64,000 bases of DNA from Emiliania huxleyi CCMP1516 (taxonomy: Eukaryota): the NCBI RefSeq assembly GCF_000372725.1, contig NW_005201192.1:880758-944757 (forward strand), in the 5' to 3' direction. Below, one piece after another: positions 59,622-64,000 of the stretch; the first letter of the stretch is position 1, and each line of letters begins with the position of its first letter. The translations under genes and the position numbers were made by a program. Under the pieces are notes generated by a model. It made no database searches and had not been told where the DNA came from. It saw only the letters and a program-made list of their open reading frames with translations.

Positions 59622-60870
59622 TCAGGGCTCCTCCGCCCGATCTCCCCACCCCCCATCCGAGGGGGCTCCCCTCTCCTCCCGGTCCTCCCTCCTGTTCGAT
59701 TTCCGATGGTTCGGCGTCGGCTGCGGAGCCCGCCTTCCCCTCTTATACTTCTTCGACCGCGGCCTCGCCGCCGTCTCGTCTTCGGGGGCTATTCTTGTTG
59801 CCTCCGCCTCCGGCGATCCCGTGCCCGACTCCTCGGGTGAGGGCGGCGGCATTCGATCGCCACGCCGCCCCTCCCCGGGAGGTGGGGCCAGCTCTCTTCG
59901 GTCGAGGACTCGCGCCCGCCCCCGCGCCCCCGCGGTCTCTCTATCGTCCTCGGCTCTTCCGTCCGTCCCGACTCTACTCGCAGAGGCCGCGTCAGCTCGT
60001 CTCTCGCCTCCTCCGACAGCTGACCCCAGGCCCCCCCCGGGGCCCTCCGGTCTCGGCCCTCCGGCTCGCCGGCGGGTTCGTTATCGTGTTGCGGCAACTC
60101 CCCCCTCCCAGCTCCTCCTCCCGGGTACACCAGCCTCCGGCGGGGCGGTCCCGGGTCCCCCAGGTTATTCCGAGCGGGTCCATACGGTGGCGGCCCCGCC
60201 GGCGGCGGGGGTGGAGGCGGTGGCAGGGGCGGCGGGTATGGTGGCGGCCCTTGCGGTCCAAACGCCTGGTGTGGAGCCGCTGGGGCGGCCCCACGACCCT
60301 GCAGCCGTCCCAGTGGTGGGGGCGGGAGTGGCAGTGTGGGTGGCGGAAACGATGGCAGCACTGGCGGCCGCACCGCTTGGTGTGGAACCTCAGGGGCGGC
60401 TCCTCGACCCAGCGGTCGCTCCAGCGGCGGGGGCGGGTACGGTGGTGGTGGCGGCGGGCCTGGTGGCGGTACCGGCCGCCGCAACTCCTGAGGCGGGGCC
60501 TCGGAGGCGGCCCCCTGCCCCTGCGGTCGTTCTAGCCGGGGTTCCACGCGTCGGCCGTCCACCCCGCTCGTGGGGGGGGGCCTAGCTCTCGTCCCCCCTC
60601 GGGGAGGGGGGGGGGCAGGGCCCGGATCCGTCGACGGCCCCGCCTCTCCCCCCCCCCCTGTCTCCGCATCAGGCCGTAGACTGCCCAGTAGTCGCGTCGC
60701 CTCCCCCCTCGCCCGGTCCTTCTCGATTCGGTCCCGCACCGCCCGGATATCAAAGGCCGAGTTGTGTTCAGACAGCGGGCCCGCCGATGCCACCCGCCTC
60801 TTCACACAGCAGGCGTACGCCTTCAGCGCCTGCCCCCCCGGGACTGTGTCGGTCCCGGTGCGATGTCGTT
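59622..60870 (-). other. Pro-rich low-complexity ORF remnant, probably from a mobile element
   Basis: GGQALKAYACCVKRRV..FDIRAVRDRIEKDRARGEATRLL followed by three PLERPxGRGAAPxxP repeats; no recognisable domain. Confidence 0.25.
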
Positions 60871-61000
60871 GACGAGGTAGTCCTCCCCCTCCCACCGGAA
60901 AACCTGTCCTGAGTAAAAAGACTTTCAAAAAGCTCATTTTTGCGAGGACACACCGAGTCTCACGTTTTCTCTGGCTCTAGGTCAGTAATTTGTCGCTCAA

Positions 61001-64000
61001 TCAAACCCGCCCACGTGGACCGCTCCACCCCTGCGCCATGTCATGTAGCCGCTTGGCGTGGCATTTGGAGCAGAGCCCGTCGAACGCCGGCGATCCAAAG
61101 AATCCGCACTTGCCGAGGCACTTCTTTGTCGATCGGGGGGCGGCGGCAGGATCGGCAGCGACGGGAGGAACTGCGGGCGCTGTGGCAGAAATGGCCAGCG
61201 CGGGGGCGTCGGACGGGTGGAAAGGCACGGCCTGTGCGGGCGCTACGTCTTCCAGCGCGAACTGTGAGGGCCGATCGGGCGGCGGCGGCTCGCTGAGGAG
61301 CGACGGGGAGGCTGCCGCGGGCGACGCGGGCAGCCGCGGCGACCGGTGCGGCGACGCCGGTGGGGCGTGCAGAGTGGCGGCGGTGGCGGCGGTCGTCGCC
61401 GGCGGCGGTGGGGGGCGGCGAGGGACAGGACCCGCCTACGGCGCGGGAGGGCTCCGTGAGGGAACGAGGCCGACTCTCCCTCTCTCTGTCTGTCGAGTGG
61501 GTGAGGAGTCGCCTCATCCAACACCTTCATCCGCATCTTCTTCTTCGGAGGCAGTGCCTCCTCCGCCATGGCCTCCGCCATGGCCCCCTTGTCGCCTCCC
61601 CCCATCTCGCCGCTCGCGTCCATTTTGCCCGATTCCGCGCCTCGGCGGTGGTCCTCGCCATCGCGCATCACCACCGCCCCCCTCCCTGCCACCAGGCCCT
61701 TGGCCTCTCCAGAATCCGCCTCTGCACTCCCCCTTGCACCCGCCTCTCCCGCCGCAACCAAACCACCCGCCGTGTGAGGGCGTGCTGCAGAGCCCAGACC
61801 CGTGCCGCATTGAGCGCAACCACACACCCACTCGCCGCTGTACCCGGCCTTGACTCCCGCGCACCGCAAGCACGCCCAATGCTCGCAGCCAGCGACGTCG
61901 CACTCGCCGACGGCGCGCCTGCGACGGATCCTCGTGTCATCTCGATCAATCTCGGTGAATCGCAAACCGCACGTCGAGTCGCGCCGAACGGTCACGCCCT
62001 CCTGCGGGGAGGGGAGAGCGGGGAACGATACGTAAGGGGGGGGGACATGGGGTGAGAAGCAGCATGAAGGAGAAAACGCCTCGTCATCAAGCACAGCGCC
62101 GCAGCGGCAGCAATACACCGCAAGACTTGACCCACCTGCACCGCCGCCCTCGGCGGCCGCCGCATCCTCTACCGCAACCGCGGCGGGCTCAGCTACCGCC
62201 ACCGCCGCCGCCGCCGCAATCGTCGCCGCCGCTTTGCTTGGCGCCACCGTCGCCGCTGCTTTGCTTGGCGCCGCCGCCGCTTTGCTTGGTGGCCTTCGAG
62301 ACGCGGCCGAAGCCGAACGGCTCGGTTGACGCACTCTGCGCGCGAGGCGGAGCACGGCATCAGCGGTTGCGTCGTACGGAGGAACGCCTACGGCAGAAGT
62401 CCAGAGACGTTCGGGAGGGCCCCTCTGCGCCGGCGAACCCCGTGGCGGCGAGATGCCGACGCCGAGCCGCGCAGCCAGCTGGGTCAGCACCTATGGGCGC
62501 GCAAGGGAGCGCGTCCAAGTCTGCTGTGAAGCAGGGAAGGGACGGAGTGGAGGGAAGCGGGCACGTAGTCTGCGCGGCCGCGCACGACGAGCTCCGCGAC
62601 GCGGTCCTAACGATCGCGTCTCCTTGCTTGCTTCCCTCTCCTCTCGGCCTCCCGGAGACGCGCAGCGGCGCGATCCTTCGGAGTCGGCTGCAAGTTGATG
62701 ATTGCGAAACGCTTGCGCCCGCGCCCCGGCTGCTGCCAGATGTACTTGTAGTGCTGCAGCACCTGCAGGGCATGTCCAAGCGGAGTCCGCACTCTGCCGC
62801 CAAGTGCGACTCTTGCCGCGCTGCGGCACCTTGAGCGAAGAACCAACGAAGAGCGACACGTCGGCGCGACCCGCGGCCTCTTGCGCCGACTCGAGCTGCG
62901 TCTGGCGGTGACAGGCGGGGGAAAGGTGAGGAGGTACGCCCACCCTCGCAGCTCGCCGAATGTGCGGGTACGCGCGTCGCGCCTCGTCGATCTTCTCCCC
63001 AAAGTAGACGATTGTGTCGTGCAGTGGCGCGCGGCAGCTGCTGTCGTCACATTTGCGCATCGTGGTGTGCCGCCGGTATGAAGACGCCTCTGTCACGTCG
63101 AAACCACGCAGAAACTCGCGGCCACACGCGCGGCATCGCTCGCGAAAGACGTTGCCGTGCAACTCCGTCAGCGCCGACGGCGGCACCTGTCCACACAGCG
63201 CGCGAAGGTCTGCCGTAGCAGGAGCTGCTGCTGCTCGCGCTACTCCTACTACCGTGAGTTGCACCGTGAAGCGAGGCATGTGAGTTGACGCTGGCTGCAG
63301 GAGTCCAGGACTACAGCTGTCGCCAGGCGGCACTGCTACAGTGACGTTATACTACTGCTGCACCCCCGAGCGCATGTGCAGGCCGTCGATGTTTTGAGAG
63401 ACGACAGCGGCGACGCGGCCTGATAGCGCGGTCATGAAACGGCAGCTTGAAGAGCGGTGCGTGTGGCAACGTTGGGCGCCACGTGCGGCGAAGTTGCTGC
63501 GCAGGCCGTCGGCGCCGTGGGAGTAAGGCGGGGACTGAGTGAGGGCTTCGAGTCGCACCGGCGCGCACGAGGGCAGCGAGCGCCATGTGGCCCTCGGTTG
63601 GCGTGACGCCGAGCTTGTCGACGCCGCCGGCGCGAGAGCCGCTGGAGAGGGAGCCGGCCTTGCCCGCGGGCGCCTTTTTCTGCTGCGTCCATATCCCCTG
63701 CGGCCCGCGGTAGTCGGGGATGTTGGCGGCAGTCGAGATCCCAGCGCCGGTGTACACAACCACGTGACGCGCTCCAGCCAGCATCTCGCTCAGCGCGTCG
63801 ATCTTGCCGCGGAGGACTTCGGCGTCGTCCTCCGTTTCCACCATGCTCGCCGCCTCGGCCGCCTTGCGCGCTGCAGTCCGCTCCTGCGCTGCCTGCAGCC
63901 GGCGCGCCTCCTCTGGCCGCGCCTCCAGCAGCGCGAGGTCGGCGGCGGTGCGCTCGTCGACTGGCGTGCGGAGCGCGGCCTTGAGCCGACGCTCCACCTC
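61001..64000 (-). CDS. SIRT7: NAD-dependent deacylase sirtuin, class IV (SIRT7-like), with C-terminal Cys-rich domain and A20-type zinc finger; 5' end outside the window
   Basis: EDDAEVLRGKI..VVVYTGAGISTAANIPDYRGPQGIWT, PTEGHMAL, VVSQNIDGLHMRSG, ELHGNVFRERCRAC..FDVTE..RHTTMRKC, LHDTIVYFGE, GSSLKVLQHY, INLQPTPKD. Tail KKCLGKCGFFGSPAFDGLCSKCH is joined in frame via a GC-AG intron at 61436-61512. Confidence 0.88.

Overview
Very GC-rich, intron-dense eukaryotic genomic DNA with seven N-gaps. Many GC-AG introns are filled with 10/11-mer repeats (GACACTTCCTA, CGCCGAGATT, CCCCACATCT). This style plus a diatom-type ZEP1 fragment suggests a haptophyte alga such as Emiliania/Gephyrocapsa huxleyi (inference). 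Recognisable genes in order: a giant Cys-rich tandem-repeat surface protein joined to a frameshifted ZEP1-like fragment; a RING-SNF2 (Rad5/SHPRH-like) helicase head-to-head with MRE11; a small J-domain protein; a 147-aa-repeat secreted-type protein; a G8/beta-helix protein; a decayed tyrosine-recombinase element; GDP-mannose 3,5-epimerase; a DUF288/STELLO-like protein; a PP2C; and SIRT7 with an unusual C-terminal Cys-rich/A20 zinc-finger extension. The standout is a multi-exon minus-strand gene (45296-49855). It encodes a microbial (type-1) rhodopsin with the retinal lysine intact, fused to a histidine kinase, a receiver domain and a C-terminal HPt domain, so a putative light-gated His-Asp-His phosphorelay in one polypeptide. 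Several introns appear to have arisen by tandem duplication of CAG|G proto-splice sites. All calls are by-eye motif recognition; no searches were run, and exon boundaries are manual.
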